DNA of 63,902 bases, the filler included, from Craspedostauros australis (taxonomy: Eukaryota), in NCBI GenBank assembly GCA_030167865.1. It is 6 parts of 6 records of this genome, joined end to end, with 100 filler letters (N's around TTAATTAATTAA, not from the genome) between each part and the next. Parts side by side here need not be neighbours in the genome. Positions count along the whole stretch, not along the records: positions 1 to 28,722 come from JALAGF010003951.1; 5 more parts are not named here. One strand, 5' to 3'. Below, in pieces: positions 10,914-20,680 of this stretch. The notes under the pieces are model-generated. The model worked only from the letters and a program-made list of their open reading frames with translations. It ran no database searches and was not told where the DNA came from. The first letter of the stretch is position 1. Every line of letters starts with the position of its first letter. The position numbers and the translations under genes are program-made.

Positions 10914-12701
10914 TCATCGTGGAACATTCTGCCTGCCCTTGGCCTTCCTCTTTTCTTCCATGTACCAAAGCGGCCACGTCGTGGAGTTGCTATGCCGCAA
11001 TCGATCAATGACACCATCCCATGTCTCTAATTGCCTCAGGACGATCTTCGTCCTCGCCCAGCAGTATACCCTGTTGCCAAACGCCGCCTTGCGGAATGTG
11101 GCATTGTGCTGATGCTCCATCCTGGCGGCCACTTCGGCCGATCTGTCGGGAAAGAGACTGCGCTCCATGTCGATCGATTGCTGCAGCAGACGTTCCAGTT
11201 GTTCATCGCGTGGACACAGCAACGGAAGGTCTGCGAAGGACTTGCCGAGCTGCGTCTCGTAGATACGCTGAAACTGATCCGTCGCTTCGATGCGCGTCAC
11301 GTGGTGGCCGATGGAGTCGGAATGTGTGCCGGTGGTGTTGAAGAGACCGCGCCTGGAAGCATCGAACAGCAGATGATTGTATGCAAACCAAGCGACGGAT
11401 CTGACGTTGTGATGATCTTCTGCTTCTTTCTGATCCAGATGTTGGCAGATATTGGGCACATCCCCGATGATGTCGCAGTATACCATCTGCATCAATGATT
11501 TCCTGGGCTTGGCGATACCGCCTGTACTGAGCTCATTGTCATGTTGTGCATCGCGTCCATCATCTGCTCGCAACGATGGATCATGAAGATCGATGATCGC
11601 CGTGGCGAATCCACCATGCCGCCACAGTTTCAGAGTGAAGTCGATGTACTTGTAGAACAGCGCCGTCGTGCCTGGCCCATGCAGACGCTTGAAATGCGGA
11701 CCGAACATCCACTGGTCGATGAGATCCCACGAGACGGGAAGGCCAAAGCCACCTTCGTGCGGCCACAGCATAGAGTTCTTCTGCACCTTGCCGTTGACGG
11801 TCGCATCGCCGTAGATGGAGATCTTGGCATGGTGCTCCTTGACTGCGCTCAGTGTCCATTCGGTCAAACGACGATACCCTGCAACGACGGTGACGTTCCA
11901 TCCATCGAGCACGTGGGACAAATTCTCAAAGTAGTTCTTGCTAGCGAACGTGCCGTGGCCCATGCTGAACATCTGCGAATACGACAGCGCCTCGTCGCTG
12001 ATGAAGACGGACTTGCCTTCTGCTTTCAAAAAGTCGAGCAGCCGCCGCAGCTGGTGCAAGCGGTTGCTGTTGTCGATATGCTTCGGATCTACGCTCTTTG
12101 CATTGAGCCTCGCGTAATCCCGGAACGTTGCGGAATGGAACAGCACCTCCAGATCTCGCAACGACCGGCCTTTGTACCGCGTGAGCTTTTGGTATCGACC
12201 CCAGTACAAAAAGTCGTCCTTTTCCAGTATCTGCAACTCTTGCAATGCGACGGACTCCTTCTGGATGGTCGTGGTGGCCGTTTTGGATGGACCGATGTGA
12301 ATGATCATGCGGGGCTGGCGCTTCTGCGATTGTGATTGTGGCTGCGAGTGTGGTTGTGATGATGGACGCATATCGATTTGTTCGTGCTGCTTTGCTGTAG
12401 TCTGTGTGTTGTGCGCAATCTCATCGCCGCCACTAGCATTGCGATGGGCACTTTGCTCATGCTGAATGTCGCCATCCTTGCCAACACCCGTACTTCGGTC
12501 ATTCTTCTCCACGATCGTGGCGCTGTCCACAACATCATCTACCGTCTCGGCAAATCCGTCCAGTGTGTTCTGGAAGAGGCTGTTGCCTGAGAGGCTGTGG
12601 TTCCTTCCAATGATGAAGGAGATGAGGACCACCTGCAAACATGCAAGGACGATCATCAGCATCGACACGCCAACGAAGGAACGGCATCGTTTCTTTGGCA
12701 T
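10914..12701 (-). CDS. Type II membrane sulfotransferase-like protein, paralog A
   Basis: N-terminal basic residues plus a TM helix and disordered stem, then IHIGPSKTATTTIQ (resembles the 5'-PSB loop), ISDEA and VVAGYRRLTEWTLS (resembles the 3'-PB motif). Confidence 0.7.
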   Translation of the reverse strand: MPKKRCRSFVGVSMLMIVLACLQVVLISFIIGRNHSLSGNSLFQNTLDGFAETVDDVVDSATIVEKNDRSTGVGKDGDIQHEQSAHRNASGGDEIAHNTQTTAKQHEQIDMRPSSQPHSQPQSQSQKRQPRMIIHIGPSKTATTTIQKESVALQELQILEKDDFLYWGRYQKLTRYKGRSLRDLEVLFHSATFRDYARLNAKSVDPKHIDNSNRLHQLRRLLDFLKAEGKSVFISDEALSYSQMFSMGHGTFASKNYFENLSHVLDGWNVTVVAGYRRLTEWTLSAVKEHHAKISIYGDATVNGKVQKNSMLWPHEGGFGLPVSWDLIDQWMFGPHFKRLHGPGTTALFYKYIDFTLKLWRHGGFATAIIDLHDPSLRADDGRDAQHDNELSTGGIAKPRKSLMQMVYCDIIGDVPNICQHLDQKEAEDHHNVRSVAWFAYNHLLFDASRRGLFNTTGTHSDSIGHHVTRIEATDQFQRIYETQLGKSFADLPLLCPRDEQLERLLQQSIDMERSLFPDRSAEVAARMEHQHNATFRKAAFGNRVYCWARTKIVLRQLETWDGVIDRLRHSNSTTWPLWYMEEKRKAKGRQNVPR

Positions 12702-13299
12702 GCTTCTCCGTCTTGTGCTTGTTATGACCGGATCTGCATGCGGCGATGGGACGTTTGCTTGCTTCTCTTCCTTGCTGCCGCACCTGATGTGCTACAATTG
12801 GTCCTTGATCTTGAATGGACTCGTCAGTATAGTATTATGCTCTCTTTCGTCAAGGTGCTTGTTGACTTCTTGGCTCTGACAGTGTCCTTTCGATTTCTGA
12901 TTGTGTGTTTGATGGATTCGTTGGCATCGCTTCTGGACCGAAAATGACCACTGTTTCTTCGCACAAAATTGGGCGAAGCGAGTGCAGAGCGAGAGCCATG
13001 GGATGAATCGTTAGAAATGCTCTTCCATACAACTTCACAATCTTACATCCACTGCCATAAGACCACAGCCAGCATCCATTCAGACAAGAGGTTACAGGTA
13101 TAACATTATCATATAACATTATTGTATAATACATTATTTGCAGGAACTATTCCATGAATAAAAACCATTTGAAGTTTACAGCAATACATCAATAACTGAT
13201 ATCACACCAATAAGCGTCACTTCCCACCTCTCAACAAATCCAGTTCGGCATCTGTTGCCCATCCCCCATACTCGCAGTGTGCGTGGCCGAACATCCATC

Positions 13300-13917
13300 T
13301 TACGACAGATCCAGAAGACGGTCCAAGGCCTCTTTGGCAAGCGTCGCAAGCTCGTCCAGACCTTCATCCTTCAGGCAACGATGAAAGATGGTCATCTTGA
13401 GCACGCAGTCCTTGCCAGCCGCTCGTTCAATCACGTTGACGCGCCGCTTCAACCCCGCGTGCGTCATGGATTGGACCCGCATCAGGCAATGATCGTACGT
13501 CGCTGTGGGGTTCTTGGTCTTTGCCGATGACGGATTCTTTGCGATCTGTCTGCGTCGTTTTTGGACGAATTTTCGGACAGTCGTCTCCTTTCTGGCCGCC
13601 GCTTCGTCCGCCTTTAACCCATCCGGCGTCAGGCCCTGCAACCGCCGTGACTTGCGCTTAGGTCTCGTTACGCGCGTCGTATTCACTGCGCCGTCTTCGT
13701 CCGAAGGGTTCTTGCGCTTGCTTCTCGTCGATTCATGTGCGGCTGCTGTTTGATGTGACAGAAAACCAGCCGCCGGTGTGCCTATCCCCATAATGTCGTG
13801 ATTCCATTCAACTTCCTGTTGCGATGTGATCAATCCCAACGAATGCAATCGTTCATGATTGCGCCGCATCTTCTCGATACGCGCCTTCTCGTAGCTGGAC
13901 AACTCATGGTCTGGCAT
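13300..13917 (-). CDS. Small basic nuclear-type protein with an N-terminal SxYExxRxxxxxRN helix
   Basis: Likely start MPDHELSSYEKARIEKMRRNHERLHSLGL at 13917. Contains RKSRRL and a compact helical C-terminal domain (ATYDHCLMRV...KMTIFHRCL). Confidence 0.72.
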   Translation of the reverse strand: MPDHELSSYEKARIEKMRRNHERLHSLGLITSQQEVEWNHDIMGIGTPAAGFLSHQTAAAHESTRSKRKNPSDEDGAVNTTRVTRPKRKSRRLQGLTPDGLKADEAAARKETTVRKFVQKRRRQIAKNPSSAKTKNPTATYDHCLMRVQSMTHAGLKRRVNVIERAAGKDCVLKMTIFHRCLKDEGLDELATLAKEALDRLLDLS

Positions 13918-14231
13918 GTTGGCGATTGGAATGGAAGTTGAAGCTGTGGTTGATGTGTTGATGTATTGATGTGGCTGCAGTTGTGAGATGGATTGAAGGA
14001 TGGGATTGAAACTTGTGTGATGGTGATGGTGGTTGTTTGCGTTCTCCGTTTTGTGTCTTCCATCACGCCAAACAACATGTGTGTTTGTTTCTGGCGTTTG
14101 GAGTGAAGTTTTGCGCAAGGAACGAAGTTTCCCGTCATTTCTTTTTGGCGCGCAAATTCGAGCATCGAAGTCTACGACATGAAGGCTAGACATATTTGAG
14201 CCCCATGAGGACGAATCAATCAAGCGCAGTC

Positions 14232-15893
14232 TCATGTTGATGGGTAGGCGGAGGTCCATTTGGAGAATGGCCAGTCGTACCGAATTCCACCCATGCTAAC
14301 TGAGGAAATGCTCGGATTGCTCAGGCTCTCGAGGAAGGTATCCCATGACGTCTGATTACCCAGAAGCGTGGCCGTGTCGATGCTGCAGACCTCACGACGA
14401 TCGAAGAGAGCACGTTGAAATGCCGCCCGATGAGAACTCTCGTTGTACCTCTCTGGCATCCATTGCAGCTCCTTTCCGAGCGAGAATTTGAGGAATCGCT
14501 CCAGGTCGGCATCGTGGGGGCATCCGAGCGGCAGATCCAGCACCGTCTTGTTGAGCACGTGTTGATGGTAATGCGACAGCTCATCCGTCATCTCGACTCT
14601 TGTCTTCGTTGCCTGCGTACCCACGTCGATCAGCTTGCGATTGGCGGCGGCGAAAACGATCTGATTGTACACCGCCCAGCTCATGTCGCGGTTGTTGAAG
14701 TTGGAGACGCGATGGACGTCACGCAGATAGGCACACGCATGCGGTGCGTCCGAGATGATGCCACACAACAGCTGCTGCGTGATGTGCTGCTTGTCGTGGA
14801 TGTCCAAGGATCGCACCGTGAAGTTGGCATCCTGCCACATCGGAATGGTTCCGTCGATGTACACGTAGCGCGATGTTTGGGTGCCGAACGATTTGGCGCC
14901 CGCGTACTTGCTGTTGATGTACCAGCGCTGCATCAACGGCCATGGCTGATCCAAAGGCTTTCCACCTTGGTCGGGCCATTTCATTTCATTGTTGTCGCTG
15001 TACAACGCGATCTTGGCATTGCTCTCCTTGACGCAGCTTAGCATCCAGTCGAACAATCGACGGTATCCGACGACGATGGTCACGTCCCAACCCTCGAGCA
15101 GAGTTTGCAATCCGCGGAAAAAGTCGTGCCGCTCACTGCGGTACAGCCCTTTGGATTTGTCGAATAGAGCAAGGTACGAGTACGCCTCATCGCTGACGAT
15201 CAAGGATTGGTTGCCTCGTCGCAGTTGATCCAACATATCCTTCACTTCCGCAATGCAATCAGGTGGCGACGAAGGAGATTTGCCAGCGCCGTCCTTGGCC
15301 CGTTTTTTATTTGGGAACCGATCTGGGTTCCTGTGAGCTGAGTAGTGCAGCATGCACTTGGCCTGGAAGATGTTGGAAAGGACGCTGAGCCTCATGCCGT
15401 GGAATGTGCCAATCCCATGGTACCGACCCCAATACATGTAGTTGTCCTCTGACAGCACCCCTTCCTTCGCCAGGTGCACCAGGTCCTGTTGCAATGTGGT
15501 CGTGGCAGTCTTTGATGGACCGATATGCAGAATGAATCGAGGACGGCCATTCCCAACGCTGGCATCATCCTGCGTACTTTGTGAACGCGTTTCATTTTCA
15601 TCGGCTTCATCGATTCCTTCGGTCGCCCCAACCTTAGTAGCAGCTTCAACTCGCCCCAATTCTGCTCCTTCATCTTCTCTCGTGTCTCGTCTTCCTGCAT
15701 GCTTGATTGTGCTGCGCGTTGCTCCCGTCGCTGTCGTCACAGCAGCATCGCCATTCTTGCCGGATGATGGTTTTCGCAACTGCATCGCAGGAATGGCATC
15801 ATCATGATGCACCTGCGAGATGATCGCGATTTGCACCAACGTGATGCATCCAGCAAGCACCGCAAAGACGATCGACAGCTTCTTGAGCCGCAT
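14232..15893 (-). CDS. Type II membrane sulfotransferase-like protein, paralog B
   Basis: Likely start MRLKKLSIVFAVLAG followed by a TM helix. Motifs LHIGPSKTATTTLQ, IVSDEAYS and IVVGYRRLFDWMLS; collinear with 10914-12701 (YWGRY, YNxxxF, DLPLxCP). Confidence 0.7.
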   Translation of the reverse strand: MRLKKLSIVFAVLAGCITLVQIAIISQVHHDDAIPAMQLRKPSSGKNGDAAVTTATGATRSTIKHAGRRDTREDEGAELGRVEAATKVGATEGIDEADENETRSQSTQDDASVGNGRPRFILHIGPSKTATTTLQQDLVHLAKEGVLSEDNYMYWGRYHGIGTFHGMRLSVLSNIFQAKCMLHYSAHRNPDRFPNKKRAKDGAGKSPSSPPDCIAEVKDMLDQLRRGNQSLIVSDEAYSYLALFDKSKGLYRSERHDFFRGLQTLLEGWDVTIVVGYRRLFDWMLSCVKESNAKIALYSDNNEMKWPDQGGKPLDQPWPLMQRWYINSKYAGAKSFGTQTSRYVYIDGTIPMWQDANFTVRSLDIHDKQHITQQLLCGIISDAPHACAYLRDVHRVSNFNNRDMSWAVYNQIVFAAANRKLIDVGTQATKTRVEMTDELSHYHQHVLNKTVLDLPLGCPHDADLERFLKFSLGKELQWMPERYNESSHRAAFQRALFDRREVCSIDTATLLGNQTSWDTFLESLSNPSISSVSMGGIRYDWPFSKWTSAYPST

Positions 15894-16705
15894 CCGTTCG
15901 GAGATCGGCCACGCGGTGGGTGGGTGAGGTCCTTCGTCGCTCCAGAGTTGGGACGACGATTGTGATGCTGGCTGTGTGCATGGTGTGTGCCGGCACGGTG
16001 AGGGCTGTGGCGACAGTCGTCGAGGTGGTGTTCTTTTCGTCTTCGGCGTCTCTCGTGTTTTGGTTGTTTGGGTCATTTCGGTCACTTTGTGGCGTGGTTG
16101 ATGATGGCGATGTTGGTGTGGCGGACAGACGAAAGGTATCTTTGGTGGGTTTCGCCGTTTCCCAAATCGAAAAAGGAGAAATGGATCGGATACGGCCACG
16201 AATTCGCGCACAAGTTGTGGTCACGAAATGCCCGCCGTGAATGGTCGCACCCGAGGAAGGGAAAGGGTACCCATGGAGAGGACTGCATTGACTGCGATCA
16301 TCCCATGCCAGAGAGAGTCGACCGCGTCGTGTGGACTGGAAAACACGAAGCCGCGAACATCAAACAGTCGCCAACAAAGGCCAGCGTGCTCGCCTGGCAA
16401 AGACGTTCAAAAATACTATTTTATGCCATGTAATGGGTGCGAGTCTACTTGTTGTTCTAGAGGGACGTGCCTTGGGCCTCGACCCTCGTGCAGTCGATTT
16501 TGCTTCGAGATGAAGCGATCCGAAAGGAGGGCACCATGTCTTGGAGGGGCCGACTTCTATGGAATCCCACAAAAGTTTGCCGCAGACAAACATGGCACGG
16601 ACGATTGAGATCGGATTATCGGTCTGCTTTGTTGCTCGCAGGACATCTTGTACTTGCAGGCTTGCCTTGAGGTGCCAAGTCGCTGCAGTGGGCGGAGCTT
16701 GGTTC

Positions 16706-16978
16706 TTATGGGGTCGGGGCGCAGCCGGCGGCGACACATGCGGCCATGCAGGTTCCGAGTGCGGCGTTGCAGGCAAGAGCCGCTGCCGGTGCACCAAGGC
16801 CACCAGTGACGGTGCCGAACGTCAATCCTGCACCTGCGTAGCATGCAACTACGACGGCGTTGCAGCCGCTTTGGCAGATCATGTAGGCTCCAGGACCGGC
16901 GTTGCTCTTGCCGAGAAGCAAGAACAAGCAAGCAATCGAGAGGCAGACCTTGAGGGTGGGGACGAAGCTGATGCTCAT
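16706..16978 (-). CDS. Small secreted Cys-rich protein, resembling the Zys1/zygote-specific class V family
   Basis: 90 aa with a signal-peptide-like N-terminus, then GPGAYMICQSGCNAVVVACYAGAGLTFGTV...LACNAALGTCMAACVAAG..PTP. I recall this pattern from the Chlamydomonas Zys1-like family and its fungal homologs. Confidence 0.78.
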   Translation of the reverse strand: MSISFVPTLKVCLSIACLFLLLGKSNAGPGAYMICQSGCNAVVVACYAGAGLTFGTVTGGLGAPAAALACNAALGTCMAACVAAGCAPTP

Positions 16979-17810
16979 GGTTGAAAAGTTGATTGGAATT
17001 TGTTGTTCGAAGCTGTTGTTGTGCTGTTTGGTGTGGGCAGGTCGAGAATCTCGTGATCGTAATTTATGATCTTCAAACTCATTCTCATCCTCGCATCAGA
17101 TCCTTTCTCAAGGAATGGGTGCAATCAACGATATAATACTCACAGGTGCATCTATTGCATGCAGTATGCCACAATCCGTGCCGATAGCCTTGCCCACCAT
17201 CCGTACCCCTTGTTGCTCATGCCTGGACCGATTTAGAGGCCAACACCGATTTTTTTTCATTCTGCGTTGACTTCCTACCACAAAAAGTGTGGCACGTCTG
17301 GGCGTACTCGCACCGCGCGTCTTGAGCTTTGGATTTGGAGCAGGAGCGGTTCCCATCTTGTGATTCCACCTCTCTCCTCCCATGGCCTCGCAGAGGCCAA
17401 ACACCAAAGCACTCTGCCTCACCATCGATGGAATTGATCTTCAACGACACAAGAATTCCGAAAGATGTCGCAAAGTTCGGCCTCCTGAGCGAGAAGTGTA
17501 TCCGTCCAGAGATCTGAGATCAGTCACGGCTGTGTTGCGGAAGAGGTTAGACTGAATCAGGCGAAACGTAACGGCAACGAAAATAGCCGTAATAAGGCCA
17601 CAAGTGATCAAGCGGCTGCTGACATTTATTCCGCATCGCCTCGCAAGCACACTCAAGCTGTTGGGAGAGACGCAGTGGCGTAATAGGTCGTAGATGGCAT
17701 TCTCGGATGGTTCGGTCCAATCATGTGCAGCAGAAGTCGACGACTCTGGGGGCTGCGAAGGTCAATTGCATGTCCTTGGTGTAGTGTTGCCATTGCATCG
17801 GTCTGATCTG

Positions 17811-18030
17811 CCATCGGTCTGCTTTGATACTCGGAGGGCATCTTGTATTATATTCTATATTACTTGCAGGCTTGCCTTGAGGTGCCAAGTCGCTGCAGTG
17901 GGCGGATCTTGGCAGTTATTTGGTCGGGACGCGGTTGGCGGCGACACGAGAGACCATGTCGGTGTGAGAACCGCTGCCGGTGACGGTGCCGAACGTCAAC
18001 CCTGCGCTTGTGTGTTGGCACGCAGCCGCG
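17811..18030 (-). pseudogene. Decayed partial duplicate of the Cys-rich gene and its 3' flank
   Basis: 17861-17906 (tacttgcaggcttgccttgaggtgccaagtcgctgcagtgggcgga) is identical to 16651-16696. The coding remnant reads AAACQHTSAGLTFGTVTGSG...MVSRVAANRVPTK*, with internal deletions and most Cys lost. Confidence 0.75.
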
Positions 18031-18848
18031 AGTGCTCCTTGTTTGATCACCAACAAACAACATTTCTGTTTTGGAAGCTAGTGGTCGTATTAGTCATGCT
18101 ATCTGGAACGAGAATTCGAAAAGGTATCGTACCGGAATGGTTTTGACCTTCAATGAGAAACGTCGTGTCAAGAGAGGGAGAGGCGACCAGAACACAACAC
18201 GAGGCGGCTTCCCTTCCTTCCTTCCCACAATTTTGGGCATCAGTCTTTGCCTCTCTCTTTCGCCGAGTTGAGAACGGTGGTGGTGATGAGAAGCGAACGG
18301 CAGCACGAAACCCCGCCCGTGCGGACCACCTGACCATTCTCAAGAGGCAAAGTGAGAGGTATCCGCGCGGTGGCATGGCTTCGTCGCCGTTGTCTGTGAC
18401 GCGCACGCAATCAGAGAACGACTGACAACAAGAGCAACAGTTCCTCCCTTGCTGACACGTTCGTGTTGTGCAGCCGCCCCGGAGAGGCCTCTTGACTGTT
18501 CGCCTTCGACCGAGCAGCCAGTCGGTCGGGTTGGGTGCTTCGGTTCTCGTAGGCAAAGCGATAGCGACAGCGAGAGAGCGAAGGATCCAAACAGAGTCGC
18601 AGAAGGGGTGTCAAAGGCAAACAGCGCTGATCGCATGTCACCCCTCGGCCATCCAGGCAGCACAGAGAGACCACAGCGCTTGCTGTTGTGTTCGCGAAGG
18701 TTTGGCAGAGCCCATGTTTCTGCTCACAATTCATCAACAACAGCAACAACAACCCAAGTGAAAAGACAGCAACGGATCTGAAGCAAGAAGCTCCAGAAAC
18801 ACCAAGCAACAGCAGTAACCAGCCAAACGAAAACCAAAACCTAACATC

Positions 18849-19536
18849 ATGATGGGCGACGACGAGAAGATGATCAGGCACGAGAGAGCAATGAACCTTG
18901 CCCGCCGTTACACGGAGCAGAACGAGAACGACCTTTTGATGGTGAGTGCAGCGTGGTGCGGTGGTACAGTGCAGGGTGGCTCGGTCCCATGCGGCGCGAC
19001 ACTTCATGGTCACGCTGGAGAGTGGGCAGCGCGTACCCCGTGTCCTCGACTCCTTCCTCGACTGTCTGGCGTCCATCACTAACACTTTGCTTTTTGTATC
19101 TTGATTTTCCGTGTCTCTATTCACGTCTCTTGCTTCGGTTTGGAATGGGATGCACGAATCCGATGACGCAACACCTCCCTGCCTATGGTATGGAATACGG
19201 CATCACAGGAGAACTTGTATGGTGAGTACGATCGAAGACAAGATGATGCTCTGCTGCTGCTGGCGACATGCCCTTTCGTACCTGCTCGCAATTCGCGATC
19301 CCTGCTCACATCTCCTTGTTCGCACCGACGACAATTCGCGCGCAACAGAGTCCCACAAGGATACCGATCTCCACATGCAGCCAAAGAACTTCGACCACGA
19401 CAACTGCCAGAACATCGCCAAGCACTTGGTCCATTTCAGCGCGCTTCCTGTGGAATGCCGCAAGTACGCCGACGTCGTCGCCTACACCAAGAGCCATGAC
19501 AGCGACACCTCCCATCCTACCCAATGGTTAGGTTGA
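18849..19536 (+). CDS. Small hypothetical protein (97 aa), three exons including a 13-nt microexon
   Basis: Exons 18849-18941, 19209-19221 and 19349-19536. Both introns are GTGAGT...CAG. The spliced length is 294 nt and the frame is continuous: MMGDDEK...NDLLM-ENLYE-SHKDTDLHMQPKNF...QWLG*. Confidence 0.68.
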
Positions 19537-20680
19537 GCTGAAGAAGCACGGATAGTGCCCCACGGGCAGGAAACGAAAGCACTCTGCGCACAGGCAGGAC
19601 CTGTTTTGTCACAGTACCGATAGTCAAATGGACACGGCTGCCAAGGGTCAGCGAGTCGCTTAAATTTTTAAAGAGCAAAGATATTCCACTCCTCTTCCAG
19701 TATGCCGTGATCCTTCGCTGTTGTGGTGCGGATCCGTGTTGGTTGGTCTCCTGTCCGTTTCCATACTGCGTTCGCTTCCTCCAACGATAATGTCGGCGCA
19801 AGATCATACCGCGCGGGGTACTATAGATCCATGCTAGTAAACCAAATGTAGAGAGTAGTGAAGCTGCGGAAGGCATGGAATGCTATTGTATTATGGTATA
19901 ATTGTGTGTGAGCGTTGTGCTGGTGTATATCTGTGGGGTGCGGTCACGTATGTGCGGAAGATGCCTGGCAACGTCAATGACAGTAACGATGAGAGCGCAG
20001 CTGCGCCTGTTGGTGTCGTCGAAGATGGCAGGTTCCGTGACACCGCAGATTATGTGGATGGAGTCAAGGTCATGCAGCGCGTGGCGGCGACGCTTGGCTT
20101 CCCTCCGTGAGTGCGCGTGGCACTTTATGTTCCTGGGGATGTTCATGTATGTATATGGTGGTATGTGCGTATGTGCACATTCGGCTGGTGGATTGTCTGG
20201 GTGCCTTCGTGCGCAAAGGACACGGGGGAGGGCGAAGGATCTTTCTGGCCTTCGTCCTCGACTTGTGGACCCGGTGGCGCATGCATGGGGTATGGGGTAA
20301 AGCCATGCAATCTTGTTGCCTGAGAGGACACCCGGATGTGTACTTGACTCTAGCTGGGACCCCCAACGAGGCGTGAGATCAAGATATTGAGATGCAAGCT
20401 GCTGCGGCGGCTGCTTCCAAGCCTGGCGGAAGGGAGAAACGGCGGCGGCGCAGGAAAGGCGCGCCAGTTTCTTTGCCTTGCACGCTTTTTGCTTGTTCGC
20501 GAGATGAGATGCATTGTGAGGCGCGTCGTGCCAACGCACGATGGGCCATCTCATGGCCTGCGGAAGTGTGTACAAATGTTCATGGATCATGCAACGCATC
20601 GCAGTGCAGTTGTGCCCAGCCTTGTTTGCTGGAGCATGGCGGCGGGAGGTTCGGGAAGAGCGGGTGGCGAACACTCGGGC

